A DNA stretch of 56,416 nt from Candidatus Iainarchaeum sp. (GTDB taxonomy: Archaea > Micrarchaeota > Micrarchaeia > Anstonellales > Bilamarchaeaceae), in the NCBI GenBank assembly GCA_028686985.1, contig JAQUBA010000004.1, positions 1-56,416 of the forward strand, in the 5' to 3' direction. Below, in pieces: positions 45,640 through 54,579 of the stretch. The notes beneath the pieces were generated by a model. That model had not been told where the DNA came from. It did no database searches and worked only from the letters and a program-made list of their open reading frames with translations. Numbering within the stretch: position 1 is the first letter of the stretch; every line of letters starts with the position of its first letter. The position numbers and the translations under genes were made by a program.

Positions 45640-46875
45640 ATGCCCATGCGCATTATCGCCGACCTTCATTTGCATTCAAAGTATTCACGCGCTACCAGTG
45701 GAAACTCGGATTTGGAGGGGTTGAGCGAGTGGGCGCAGACGAAGGGGATTGGGTTATTGGGGAGCGCGGACTTCACGCACCCGAAATGGCAGGGGGAACT
45801 GAAGAGGAAATTGAAGGATGATGGGGAAGGGATTTTCTCCTACAAGAATACCCGGTTTATGCTTACGGCCGAGGTAAGCAACATATTCTACAGGAATGAT
45901 GTGAACAAGAAGGTGCATAACATCCTATTCGCGCCATCGCTGGAAGTGGTGGGGCAGATATGCGAGGGGCTGGAGAGATTCGGGAAATTGGAGGAGGACG
46001 GGCGGCCCATGCTCAATATGGATATTATTGAGATGATGGAGATATTGCATGGGATCTCACGGGAAATTCATGTGGTGCCGGCTCACGCATGGACGCCGTG
46101 GTTCGGGGTGTTCGGCTCCAAGTCCGGGTTTAATTCACTGGAAGAGGCGTTCGGGAAGTATGCGAAAGACATATTTGCGCTGGAGACCGGGCTTTCTTCC
46201 GACCCTGCGATGAATTGGATGCTGAGTTCGCTGGACAGGATTAGCCTGATTTCCAATTCGGACTGCCATTCGCCCCAAAAATTGGGGAGGGAGGCGAACG
46301 TGTTTGAGATGGAGAATGTGACGTACAGGGGGATTGTGGACGCGATTAGGACAAGGAAGGGATTCGTGAAGACTTATGAGTTTTATCCTGAGGAGGGGAA
46401 ATACCACTGGGACGGGCACCGCGAATGCAAGGTCAGGATGAATCCGCAGGATGCGATGAAGATGGGGGACGTGTGCCCTGTGTGCAAGAGGAGGATGACC
46501 ATAGGCGTGCTGCACAGGGTGGAGGCGCTCGCGGACAGGAAGGAGGGCTTCGTGCCTCCGCATTCCGTTCCCTTTACGCGGCTCATCCCCCTGGTGGAGA
46601 TAATAGCATCGGTGCGGGACGCGGGCGTGGCGACGAAAGGGGTGCAGGGGGAATATTTCAAGATAGTCAATTACTTCGGGAACGAGTTTGCGGCGCTGGA
46701 GGCGCCTGAGGAGAACCTCATCCTTGCTTCGGACAAGGTTTTGGCAAAGGCGATTGTGAAGGCGCGGAGCGGGGAAGTCTATTGGAAGCCGGGCTACGAC
46801 GGGGAATTCGGGCATATGGAATGGGAGAAGCCGAAGGAGGACCCGAAGAGCCAGAAGAGCCTGATGGACTTCTGA
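45640..46875 (+). CDS. Endonuclease Q-like PHP-domain nuclease
   Basis: 411 aa. ADLHLHSKYSRATS, PAHAWTPWFG and the zinc-finger CPVCKRRMTIGVLHRVEAL resemble archaeal EndoQ. TATA-like TTTTAAATAAA lies about 15-25 nt upstream. Confidence 0.7.
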   Translation: MPMRIIADLHLHSKYSRATSGNSDLEGLSEWAQTKGIGLLGSADFTHPKWQGELKRKLKDDGEGIFSYKNTRFMLTAEVSNIFYRNDVNKKVHNILFAPSLEVVGQICEGLERFGKLEEDGRPMLNMDIIEMMEILHGISREIHVVPAHAWTPWFGVFGSKSGFNSLEEAFGKYAKDIFALETGLSSDPAMNWMLSSLDRISLISNSDCHSPQKLGREANVFEMENVTYRGIVDAIRTRKGFVKTYEFYPEEGKYHWDGHRECKVRMNPQDAMKMGDVCPVCKRRMTIGVLHRVEALADRKEGFVPPHSVPFTRLIPLVEIIASVRDAGVATKGVQGEYFKIVNYFGNEFAALEAPEENLILASDKVLAKAIVKARSGEVYWKPGYDGEFGHMEWEKPKEDPKSQKSLMDF

Positions 46876-46916
46876 AGCCATCCTCTTTTTTAATCATTTT
46901 CACCTAATTCCTCCCC

Positions 46917-48407
46917 ATGGAACTTCACGAGAGAATATATGAGTTGGCATTAACTCGCTCATTTTTTTATCCGTCTAATGAGATTTACGGGCAGGTGTCC
47001 GGCTTCTATGATTACGGGCCTACCGGATGGCAAATCAAAAGGAGATTGCAGGCCCTCTGGAGGAGGATGTTCATACAGGAGGAAGGATTCCTTGAGGTGG
47101 AGACCTCCGTAGTGACCCCTGAAATCGTATTGAAGGCGAGCGGGCACGTGGAGGAATTCACCGACCCGGTGGTGGAGTGCGAGGGGTGCCACACCAAGGT
47201 CCGGGCGGACCACCTGGTTGAGAGCAAAATGGAATTTAAGTGGGACGGGAAGATGGAAACGATTACGGCGAAGATTAGGGACAATGACATCAAATGCCCG
47301 TCTTGCGGGGGGAGGGTTTCGGATGCTTTTGCCTCCAATCTCATGTTCAGGACCGGGATTGGCGCGGGGCAGGAGGTTGCGTATCTTAGGCCGGAGACGG
47401 CGCAGGGGATATTCACTTCTTTTCCGCGTGTGTTCCGCAACCACGGGGCGAAACTGCCCCTTGCGGTGGGGCAGATTGGGCGGAGCTTCAGGAACGAGAT
47501 TTCGCCCAGGAGGAGCCTCGTGCGGATGCGCGAATTCACGCAGATGGAATTGGAATATTTCTTCAACCCGAAAGTGCCCACGATGGAAGGGTTTGCGGGG
47601 ATTAAGGACAGGAAGGTGCGGCTGCTCACAAGGGAGAGGCAGGAGGAGAACGGGGCGCCGGAATGGATTTCCGCCGGGGAGATGGTGGAGCGCGGGATTG
47701 CGAATGAGATTATGGCTTATTTCCTTGTGAAGGAATGGGATTACTATACTATTGCCGGCCTGGACCCGGAGGCGATGTGGTTCAGGCATTTGAGGGAGGA
47801 TGAGACGCCGCACTATTCCGAAAGCAACGTGGATTTGGAAGTGGAAACGTCGCACGGGATGGTGGAGATTGCGGGGAATGCGTATAGGACGGATTATGAT
47901 CTGGGCAGGCACGGGGAACTGAGCAAGAAGGAGATTAGCGTGTTTGCTGAAGAAACGAAGGAGAAGATTGTTCCGCACGTGGTGGAGGTTTCCATGGGCG
48001 TGGATAGATTGTTCTTCTGCATGCTTGAGCATTCTTTTAGGGAGAAATCGGAAGGGAAGGATTGGGAATGGTTTGATTTCTCGCCTTCGGTTGCGCCTTA
48101 TGATGTTTGTGTTTTCCCTCTGATGAAGAAGGACGGGCTGAAGGAGAAGGCTTCGGAGATTGCGGCCTCCATGAGGGAGGCGGGGATTGAGGCGTTCTTC
48201 TCGGAATCCGGGAGCATAGGGAGGAGGTATGCGAAGGCGGACGAGATTGGCGTGCCTTATGCGGTCACGATTGATTATCAGACATTGGAGGATGATTCGG
48301 TCACGATTAGGTATAGGAACGATGGGAAGCAGGAAAGGGTTGCGGTTGAGGAATTGGTTGGGAAAGTAAGGAAATTGAAGAAAGAAGGGAAACTGGTATT
48401 GGGGTGA
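46917..48407 (+). CDS. glyS: Glycyl-tRNA synthetase (archaeal/eukaryotic alpha2 type)
   Basis: 496 aa. Class II motifs RSFRNEISPRRSLVRMREFTQME and SMGVDRLFF. Internal Cys4 cluster CEGC...CPSCG. Confidence 0.9.
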   Translation: MELHERIYELALTRSFFYPSNEIYGQVSGFYDYGPTGWQIKRRLQALWRRMFIQEEGFLEVETSVVTPEIVLKASGHVEEFTDPVVECEGCHTKVRADHLVESKMEFKWDGKMETITAKIRDNDIKCPSCGGRVSDAFASNLMFRTGIGAGQEVAYLRPETAQGIFTSFPRVFRNHGAKLPLAVGQIGRSFRNEISPRRSLVRMREFTQMELEYFFNPKVPTMEGFAGIKDRKVRLLTRERQEENGAPEWISAGEMVERGIANEIMAYFLVKEWDYYTIAGLDPEAMWFRHLREDETPHYSESNVDLEVETSHGMVEIAGNAYRTDYDLGRHGELSKKEISVFAEETKEKIVPHVVEVSMGVDRLFFCMLEHSFREKSEGKDWEWFDFSPSVAPYDVCVFPLMKKDGLKEKASEIAASMREAGIEAFFSESGSIGRRYAKADEIGVPYAVTIDYQTLEDDSVTIRYRNDGKQERVAVEELVGKVRKLKKEGKLVLG

Positions 48408-48411
48408 TGGA

Positions 48412-48924
48412 ATGACCGTGATTTATGCGCCGGAGGAATTGATTTTGAAAGTTAAAATCGGGCGCGTGTCCGCGCATGACGCATTGCTTATAATCAACAG
48501 GCTTGAGAAAAAGCATCCTGACGAAGCCGAAAGATGGAAGAAAATCAGGGAAGAGATCGGGAAGAACCGGGATAAAGCGGCTGCAAGATTGGGCGTATCT
48601 TCAATGGGAAGGGGCATTTGTGTCATCGGAATGTGCCCGGAGAAGCTTCCCGGTCTTGTGAAGGGAGGTGCGCTAACCGCTTTACAGGCGATTGAGCTTC
48701 TTGACGGGATGGAAAACGCTGATGCGAAATTCCTTGGAATTGCCGGGGAAAAAGCGGATTCTTCTGTATTGGCTGGCATAAGGGACAGGAACAAGAATGT
48801 GAGGGGATTCCTAGAAGATGCGGCTGCGGAAGAGAATGCGAGGGCCGTGCTAAAGGCAGACAGAAGGAAAAGAATCGAAAGGAGGAATCCTGACCCTACG
48901 CATATGAGAAGGCTGAGAGTCTAA
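48412..48924 (+). CDS. Hypothetical protein
   Basis: 170 aa. Starts 4 nt after the glyS stop. Basic C-terminus. No family recognised. Confidence 0.4.
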   Translation: MTVIYAPEELILKVKIGRVSAHDALLIINRLEKKHPDEAERWKKIREEIGKNRDKAAARLGVSSMGRGICVIGMCPEKLPGLVKGGALTALQAIELLDGMENADAKFLGIAGEKADSSVLAGIRDRNKNVRGFLEDAAAEENARAVLKADRRKRIERRNPDPTHMRRLRV

Positions 48925-49322
48925 TCCTTTATTCCCAAAGCGTCCTTCGCCAATGGGAGGTGCGCCTCAACCGGCTTCACCGCGACTTCCGTGAATGCTT
49001 CATCTGTTTTTCCGAGGATGTAGACGCTCTCCAAATCCACCTTCCTGTTTGAAAGCTTCCTTGTGAGCTTGCCCAGCTCGCCGGGCCTGTTCGGCATCTT
49101 CACAACAAGTATGTCCGAAACGGTCGTGCCCTGGATTCCAGGAATCTTGTCAAGCGCCTTCTTGGCTGAAGTGGGGTCTCTCGTGACCAGGCGAAAGACC
49201 GCGTTGGTTCCATGCCCGTAGGCGGCAATTGCCTCAATGTTCACGCCTGCGCCGCCGAGCGCCTCCGCGATGTTCGCGAGGTTGCCTATCCGGTTTTCCA
49301 CCACTACCGTTATCTCCTTCAT
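48921..49322 (-). CDS. Tandem ACT-domain protein (copy 3, divergent)
   Basis: I use the internal ATG at 49322 (MKEITVVVENRIGNLANIAEALGGAGVNIEAI...). Same two-ACT layout as 7951..8352 and 8875..9282. Confidence 0.7.
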   Translation of the reverse strand: MKEITVVVENRIGNLANIAEALGGAGVNIEAIAAYGHGTNAVFRLVTRDPTSAKKALDKIPGIQGTTVSDILVVKMPNRPGELGKLTRKLSNRKVDLESVYILGKTDEAFTEVAVKPVEAHLPLAKDALGIKD

Positions 49323-49399
49323 GATTGCCCACCTTGCTACGGTGGGAATAGGGTGCAATAGACTTTTATAGGTATGTCGGAAAATTCAAAAAAGAGAAA

Positions 49400-49474
49400 T
49401 AGCGGGAGGTGGATTTGAACCACCGATCTCTGGGTTATGAGCCCAGCGGGCACTCCAAGCTACCCTATCCCGCT
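49400..49474 (-). tRNA. Initiator tRNA-Met (anticodon CAT)
   Basis: Hand-folded 75-nt cloverleaf on the minus strand. A1:U72 acceptor AGCGGGA/TCCCGCT. Anticodon arm CTGGG-CTCATAA-CCCAG has three G:C pairs next to the loop, which are archaeal initiator hallmarks. Confidence 0.8.
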
Positions 49475-49578
49475 TCAAATATTGACAGAAGTGATTCATA
49501 TTTTGAGCGACGCTCTTTTTAATTGTTCCACCGCTTATTTAATTCAAATTGACTTACCGCGATTAATACTAAAATTGC

Positions 49579-49630
49579 GGGGGGTTATGAGTACCCTAGA
49601 GAGAAGGGGGGTGTCCCCCCTTCCTCTTGG
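49579..49630 (+). repeat. G-run / GC-hairpin / CTCTTGG element (copy A)
   Basis: ggggggttatgagtaccctagagagAAGGGGGGtgtCCCCCCTTcctcttgg. Nearly collinear with 52168..52214. Sits immediately 5' of tRNA-Ser. Confidence 0.5.
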
Positions 49631-49631
49631 T

Positions 49632-49716
49632 GCTGGGGTCGCCTAGTCCGGTAGGGCGGCAGCCTGCTAAGCTGTTCTCCCAAAAGGAGTCGAGGGTTCA
49701 AATCCCTCCCCCGGCG
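49632..49716 (+). tRNA. tRNA-Ser (anticodon GCT)
   Basis: Hand-folded 85-nt type-II tRNA. Acceptor GCTGGGG/CCCCGGC, anticodon arm GCAGC-CTGCTAA-GCTGT, long variable arm TCTCCCAAAAGGAGTC, T arm GAGGG-TTCAAAT-CCCTC. A T-run follows. Confidence 0.85.
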
Positions 49717-49727
49717 TTTTTCTTTTT

Positions 49728-49985
49728 CTAAACTTCCAGCTTTGTCTTCTTCAGCCGGTAGTATATCTTCCTGTATCCATGGAGGATGAGGTAGCCTATC
49801 ACCGTGGCCAGGACCGCAATTATCAGGTCGGAGACCGCGATGGATACGCCAAGGTACGGGACGAAGAACTCGTTTAGGGCGGTGCGGATGAACGCGGCCC
49901 AGAATATTGCGATTGTAACTATTATGCCGAACTTGAGGCTCCTGGGGGCCTCTTCCCCCAATTCCACCACGGGCTTCCTTGCCAT
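49728..49985 (-). CDS. Small 2-TM membrane protein
   Basis: 85 aa. Two hydrophobic helices (FGIIVTIAIFWAAFI, LIIAVLATVIGYLILHG). Basic C-terminus. Confidence 0.45.
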   Translation of the reverse strand: MARKPVVELGEEAPRSLKFGIIVTIAIFWAAFIRTALNEFFVPYLGVSIAVSDLIIAVLATVIGYLILHGYRKIYYRLKKTKLEV

Positions 49986-50027
49986 GGGTGGGATTGTTCT
50001 GTTACTATTTTATAATTAACGGAAAGA

Positions 50028-50381
50028 TTACCGGTTCTCGCACCTCAGCTGCACATGCGTGTCGGTCCTGTCCTTGAGGTTCGCGTTCTGGTCGTATGCG
50101 AAGATGGCGACGTCGCACTTGTAGAGCTGGGGCGCGGTGTTGTGGCTCGCATGGACCTTTATCTCCTTCTGGAGGTAGCCCCTCGGCTCAACTATGCCCA
50201 GGCGGAACCTGCCGGAGTTCTGCAACTGAGCCTGGGAGAGGGAGAGCGCAGGGGGAAGCCTCACTTCCGCCTCGTACCACATCGGCATGTCCTTCGTGGA
50301 GTCAATCTTTATGACCAAATCAACGGAGTTCGACCTCCTCGCCGCAATCGGGCCCGGGAATATTGTGAGTTCTGTTTTCAT
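50028..50381 (-). CDS. Hypothetical protein
   Basis: The track start is GTG, so I use the ATG at 50381 (MKTELTIFPGP...). Beta-rich composition. No family recognised. Confidence 0.4.
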   Translation of the reverse strand: MKTELTIFPGPIAARRSNSVDLVIKIDSTKDMPMWYEAEVRLPPALSLSQAQLQNSGRFRLGIVEPRGYLQKEIKVHASHNTAPQLYKCDVAIFAYDQNANLKDRTDTHVQLRCENR

Positions 50382-50446
50382 GCATTCCACCCCTGCAATA
50401 ATTCTGCTGAATTAGGGATTTAATACTTGCGATACAAAGGGGGGAC

Positions 50447-50887
50447 GTGATACCGGAGTCAAAATTCATCAGGAAAGAGATTGTGCTGCGGAACATGTGG
50501 CTTGCGGACGAGGTGCGCCTGACACGGAAATCCATGGTGAGGTGGGTTGCGCTCTCGCTGGGGTTGATTTCGGAGAAGGAGAGCCGGGACCTGATTGTGG
50601 ACCTGCTGGATGTATTGTTTGAGTTCTTTGCGAAGGCGGAGGAGCCCACGACGCAGGAAATACTGGATGGGCTGAAGGGGAAGACCGGGGGGGAGCCGAA
50701 CCCGAAGGCGGTGTATTACCATCTGCAAAAATTGATGGACCAGGGGTTGCTGCAGAGGGAGAAGGGAAAATACTTCATCTCAAGGGAGAACAAAAAGTTG
50801 TCCGTGGCGGTGAAGGAGCTCTACTTGAAGGAAGTCAATGAAGCATTGGGGGAGATTACGAAGGCATTGGAAGGGCTGGAAAAGTAA
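50447..50887 (+). CDS. Winged-helix (ArsR/TrmB-like) DNA-binding protein
   Basis: 146 aa. GTG start 20-28 nt downstream of the TATA-like TTTAATAC. wHTH segment TTQEILDGLKGKTGGEPNPKAVYYHLQKLMDQGLLQREKGKYFI. Confidence 0.5.
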   Translation: MIPESKFIRKEIVLRNMWLADEVRLTRKSMVRWVALSLGLISEKESRDLIVDLLDVLFEFFAKAEEPTTQEILDGLKGKTGGEPNPKAVYYHLQKLMDQGLLQREKGKYFISRENKKLSVAVKELYLKEVNEALGEITKALEGLEK

Positions 50888-50921
50888 GCCCATATAAAGG
50901 TTTTTCTTCCAAATAAGCCCC

Positions 50922-52166
50922 ATGGATTTTTCAGGGTTCTACAAGCTTCCAGTCAAAGAGAGATTGGCGAAACTCAGGGAGGCTGGAAAGATTGGTGCGG
51001 AGGATGAGAAACTCCTCCTGGACGGGGATGCGCTGAAGATGGGAGTGGCGGACCGCATGGTTGAGAATGTGGTCGGGAGATTTCATCTGCCTTTTGCTGT
51101 TGCTCCAGGATTTGTTGTGAACGGGAAGGAGTACGTGGTGCCGATGGTCATAGAGGAGCCTTCGGTGGTCGCCGCGGCGGCGAACGCTGCAAAATTGGCT
51201 AGGGGGAGCGGCGGCTTTTCTGCAGAGGCGGACGAGCCGGTGATGGTAGGCGAGATGCAGGTGGTCGGGATAAAGGACGGGGCGAAGCAGAAGGTGGAGG
51301 AAGCGCGGGAGCGCATAATGGCGAAGGCGGCGGAATTTGCCGCGGGCGTGGAGAGGTACGGGGGAGGGCTCCGCGGGATGGAGGTGCGGGAGATTTCCAC
51401 CGCGCGGGGGAAGATGCTCATACTCATGTTTGAGGTGGACGTGCGGGACATAATGGGCGCGAACACCGTGAACACCATTTTGGAGGGGGCCGCGCCATTG
51501 GTGGAGGAGGTTTCCGGTGGGAAGGTGCGGCTCAGGATACTCACCAACCTGGCGGTGAAGAGGAAGGCGCGGGCGAAATGCGTGTGGAAGAAGGAGGTGG
51601 TCGGGGAAGCGGTGGTGGAGGGCGTCCTGGACGCGTACGAGATGGCGGCGAATGACATTTACAGGTGCTCCACGCACAACAAGGGGATAATGAACGGGAT
51701 AGACGCGGTCGCGGTGGCGACGGGCAACGACTGGAGGGCTGTGGAGGCGGGGGCGCATTCCTTTGCCGCAATCGGGAGCTACAAGCCGCTCACAAAATAT
51801 TACAAGGACGCGGAGGGGAACCTCGTGGGCGAGATAGAGCTGCCGCTCGCGGTGGGGACCGTGGGCGGTGCGATAAACATAAACCCGCTGGCGCAGGTCG
51901 GGCAGAAGATTCTGGGGGCAAACGGGGCGCGGGAACTATCCATGGTAATGGCGGCTGTGGGGCTGGCGCAGAACTTCGCGGCCCTTCGTGCGCTCGGGAC
52001 GGAAGGCATATCCAAAGGGCACATGAAGCTGCATGCGAAAAACCTCGCGGTGATTGCGGGCGCGCACACTGCGGAAGAGATTGACGCCGTGGTCGCGAAG
52101 ATGAAGGAGAGCGGCACGTATACGGTTGAGAATGCGAAGAAGGTGTATGGGGAGTTGAAAAAGTGA
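50922..52166 (+). CDS. hmgA: HMG-CoA reductase, class II-like
   Basis: 414 aa with no membrane domain. MVENVVGRFHLPFAVAPGFVVNGKEYVVPMVIEEPSVVAAAANAAK, DIMGANTVNT and AVGTVGGAI match the class II (P. mevalonii-type) pattern. Confidence 0.85.
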   Translation: MDFSGFYKLPVKERLAKLREAGKIGAEDEKLLLDGDALKMGVADRMVENVVGRFHLPFAVAPGFVVNGKEYVVPMVIEEPSVVAAAANAAKLARGSGGFSAEADEPVMVGEMQVVGIKDGAKQKVEEARERIMAKAAEFAAGVERYGGGLRGMEVREISTARGKMLILMFEVDVRDIMGANTVNTILEGAAPLVEEVSGGKVRLRILTNLAVKRKARAKCVWKKEVVGEAVVEGVLDAYEMAANDIYRCSTHNKGIMNGIDAVAVATGNDWRAVEAGAHSFAAIGSYKPLTKYYKDAEGNLVGEIELPLAVGTVGGAININPLAQVGQKILGANGARELSMVMAAVGLAQNFAALRALGTEGISKGHMKLHAKNLAVIAGAHTAEEIDAVVAKMKESGTYTVENAKKVYGELKK

Positions 52167-52167
52167 T

Positions 52168-52214
52168 GGGGGTTTATGATTACCCTGAAGAAAAGGGGGG
52201 CTCCCCCCTCTTGG
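52168..52214 (+). repeat. G-run / GC-hairpin / TCTTGG element (copy B)
   Basis: gggggtttatgattaccctgaagaaAAGGGGGGctCCCCCCtcttgg. Lies between the hmgA stop and the next start codon. Confidence 0.5.
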
Positions 52215-52226
52215 GGATTAGGTGAA

Positions 52227-53612
52227 ATGATGAGGCATTACCTGCATTTGGCTGCGCTGGTGCTGTTTTCAATAGGGTTTTTCCTTTTTGGGTACGCGGG
52301 GATATCGGAGGGGGGGTATGGGGAGCTGCCCGCGCTGGGGCTTGGCGACCCGCAGATGGCCTATTATCTTGCATTCGCATGCGTGGTGCTTTCGCCGGTG
52401 TTCATCTATTTCGCGCTGAGGAACGTGGAATTGGCGGAATGGAAGTGCATGTTCGGGGGGCTGCTGCTGGTGACGATGCCCGTGGCGCTGAACAACGCGG
52501 CCACGGTCTCGGACCCTTTTGCGCTCCTGCTAATGGCCGGGGCGTCGTTCGCGGTATTGATGGCGTCGCTGGTTGCGCATGTTCTGAAGAACAGGAGGAT
52601 AGGGCTGGCGCTGCTCGTGGTGGTTGCAGGCGCGGGGATTTACCTGGGGAGCCAAAACGGAATAAACTATTATGTGGGGGAATATTCGTTCCTCCTCCCC
52701 TTCTCCTTCGCGTTGCTCATGGAAGGGATTAAGGAGAGGCGGGAGGACAAGGCCGCCCCCCCGATAATAGGGGCGGCTGCGCTGCTGTTCTCGCACCCGG
52801 TCGGGGCTGCGGTGCTCGCATGCACTAGCGCGCTGGGGCTGGCGGAGATGTGGAAGGAGAAGGAAAGGCCCCTGAACCTGGCGTTCATGGCGGTTTTCTC
52901 GCTGTGCCTTTTCTATTCGCAGGCGGACCCCACGAGGAGCGCGGTGGCAGGGCTTTTCGGCTTCATAGTATTCTATGCGCTGGCTGCGATGTACAACGTT
53001 AGGATGAGGATGCTGGCGCAGCCCGCGGCGATACTGCTCATGCTGGCCGCGGTGCTCACGATGGCGGCGAACCTCTCCACGCACTCCTACGGGGGGGCGC
53101 GGGTGAGCATACCCTCCCAGGAAACCATTGAAATGTTCGGGTGGGCAGAGGGGAAGGGGGATGTGGGGATATTTGCATATCCGAACACGTTCAGGTATTA
53201 TGCGGGCAGCGAGCCGGTGTTGCTGGACCCGCTGGATGGCGAGTGGGCGGGCACCGTGGTATTCTCATATGATACGCTGGATGTGTCCGCGGGCGACAGC
53301 ATAAATGTGTTCGCGTATTATGCGAGGGCGGTTGCGAACGACAATGTGACGGAGATAGCGGTTTATGCGAACAGGCAGTACATGCTGAACACGGTCGTGC
53401 AGGGCGGCAGCGTGGACAGGGTGGACGGGGCGATCGTGGGCCTGAAGAGGGTGCCATTCACAAAGATAAAGATGCTGGACGGAGGCCTTGCGTACGACGA
53501 CGCGAGGAACAGGGTCATAATGGTTGAGGGAATAGAGGGGAGCGTGCTTGCGGAGGGCCTGAAGAAGCCGAAGGAACACTCTGTGCCAGGCGCATTTGCG
53601 GTGAGGGGCTAG
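52227..53612 (+). CDS. Polytopic membrane protein with C-terminal soluble domain (GT-C-like architecture; putative glycosyltransferase)
   Basis: I prefer the ATG at 52227 (MMRHYLHLAALVLFSIGFF; AGGTGA Shine-Dalgarno-like sequence 3 nt upstream) over the track start at 52176, which runs through repeat B. About 10 TM helices are followed by a ~170-aa soluble domain. Adjacent to the GT4 transferase gene. Confidence 0.45.
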   Translation: MMRHYLHLAALVLFSIGFFLFGYAGISEGGYGELPALGLGDPQMAYYLAFACVVLSPVFIYFALRNVELAEWKCMFGGLLLVTMPVALNNAATVSDPFALLLMAGASFAVLMASLVAHVLKNRRIGLALLVVVAGAGIYLGSQNGINYYVGEYSFLLPFSFALLMEGIKERREDKAAPPIIGAAALLFSHPVGAAVLACTSALGLAEMWKEKERPLNLAFMAVFSLCLFYSQADPTRSAVAGLFGFIVFYALAAMYNVRMRMLAQPAAILLMLAAVLTMAANLSTHSYGGARVSIPSQETIEMFGWAEGKGDVGIFAYPNTFRYYAGSEPVLLDPLDGEWAGTVVFSYDTLDVSAGDSINVFAYYARAVANDNVTEIAVYANRQYMLNTVVQGGSVDRVDGAIVGLKRVPFTKIKMLDGGLAYDDARNRVIMVEGIEGSVLAEGLKKPKEHSVPGAFAVRG

Positions 53613-53613
53613 G

Positions 53614-54579
53614 ATGCTGGCGCTGCTTGCGGTACTTGCGTTTTCGCTTCTGGTGACGGCCGGATTGTCGCATTTCCTCATTCCGCGCCTGAAGAAGTTC
53701 GGCATTACCGGAAAGGACGTGAACAAAGAGGGCAGGCCCGAGGTCGCGGAGATGGGCGGGCTCGCGATTGTCGCGGGATTCACGGCGGGGGTGCTGCTTG
53801 CGATAATGCTCAATACGTTCAACGGGCTTGAGTTCAACATCACTTATGTGCTGGCCGCGCTGGTCACGATACATGCGATGGCCTTCATGGGGATTGTGGA
53901 CGACCTGCTGGACATACCCCAGGCGGTGAAGGCGTTCCTCCCCCTTGCGGCGGCCGTGCCGCTCGTCGCGGTGAGCGCGGCGGGGAGCACCGCGATGGCC
54001 CTGCCTTTCCTGGGGGAAGTGGACCTCGGGCTGCTTTATATAGTGGTGCTTATCCCGGTTGGGGTGGCGGTCGCCTCAAACCTCACGAACATGCTCGCTG
54101 GCTTTAACGGGATGGAGGCGGGCATGGGCAGCGTCATAATGGCCGCGATGGCGGCGCTCGCATTCCTGAACGGAAGGCCGGAGATGCTGGTGCTGGTCGT
54201 CCCGATGCTGGGCGCGCTGCTCGGCTTCCTGAATAACAACTGGTATCCGGCAAAGGTTTTCCCCGGGGACGTGGGCAATTTGACGATAGGGGCGGTGCTG
54301 GCTTCCGGGGTGATACTGGGGAACATGGAGACTGCCGGGGCGCTTATGCTCATGCTTTATGTGGTTGACTTCTTCATAAAGGCGTACAACAGGTTCCCCA
54401 GCAGCAAATGGTGGGGGGAGCTGAAGGACGGGAAGCTTTACCCCGCGGAGGGGAAGGTGAGGGGATTCGCGCAATTAGTGATGAGGGTGGGCGGGGGCGT
54501 GAGCGAGAGGAACCTGGTGCTCATCTTCATCGGCATGCAGGCGCTGGTCGGATTGGCGGTCTTCTTCCTTTATGCCTAG
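53614..54579 (+). CDS. Polyprenyl-phosphate HexNAc-1-phosphate transferase (GT4 MraY/WecA/AglH family)
   Basis: 321 aa and polytopic. Motifs GIVDDLLDI, NLTNMLAGFNGMEAG and VFPGDVGNL. Confidence 0.85.
   Translation: MLALLAVLAFSLLVTAGLSHFLIPRLKKFGITGKDVNKEGRPEVAEMGGLAIVAGFTAGVLLAIMLNTFNGLEFNITYVLAALVTIHAMAFMGIVDDLLDIPQAVKAFLPLAAAVPLVAVSAAGSTAMALPFLGEVDLGLLYIVVLIPVGVAVASNLTNMLAGFNGMEAGMGSVIMAAMAALAFLNGRPEMLVLVVPMLGALLGFLNNNWYPAKVFPGDVGNLTIGAVLASGVILGNMETAGALMLMLYVVDFFIKAYNRFPSSKWWGELKDGKLYPAEGKVRGFAQLVMRVGGGVSERNLVLIFIGMQALVGLAVFFLYA

Noticed and set aside
49437-49646. A 69-aa ORF spanning the tRNA-iMet / tRNA-Ser spacer.
   Set aside because: It overlaps both tRNA genes and the hairpin repeat. 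The coding interpretation is implausible, although the short ATG-initiated frame inside repeat copies A and B is noted in the findings.
52176-52226. The ORF-track start (MITLKKRGAPPSWGLGE...) for the membrane protein downstream of hmgA.
   Set aside because: This extension runs through repeat element B and its hairpin. The ATG at 52227 is preceded by AGGTGA and begins directly with the first TM helix, so I prefer it.
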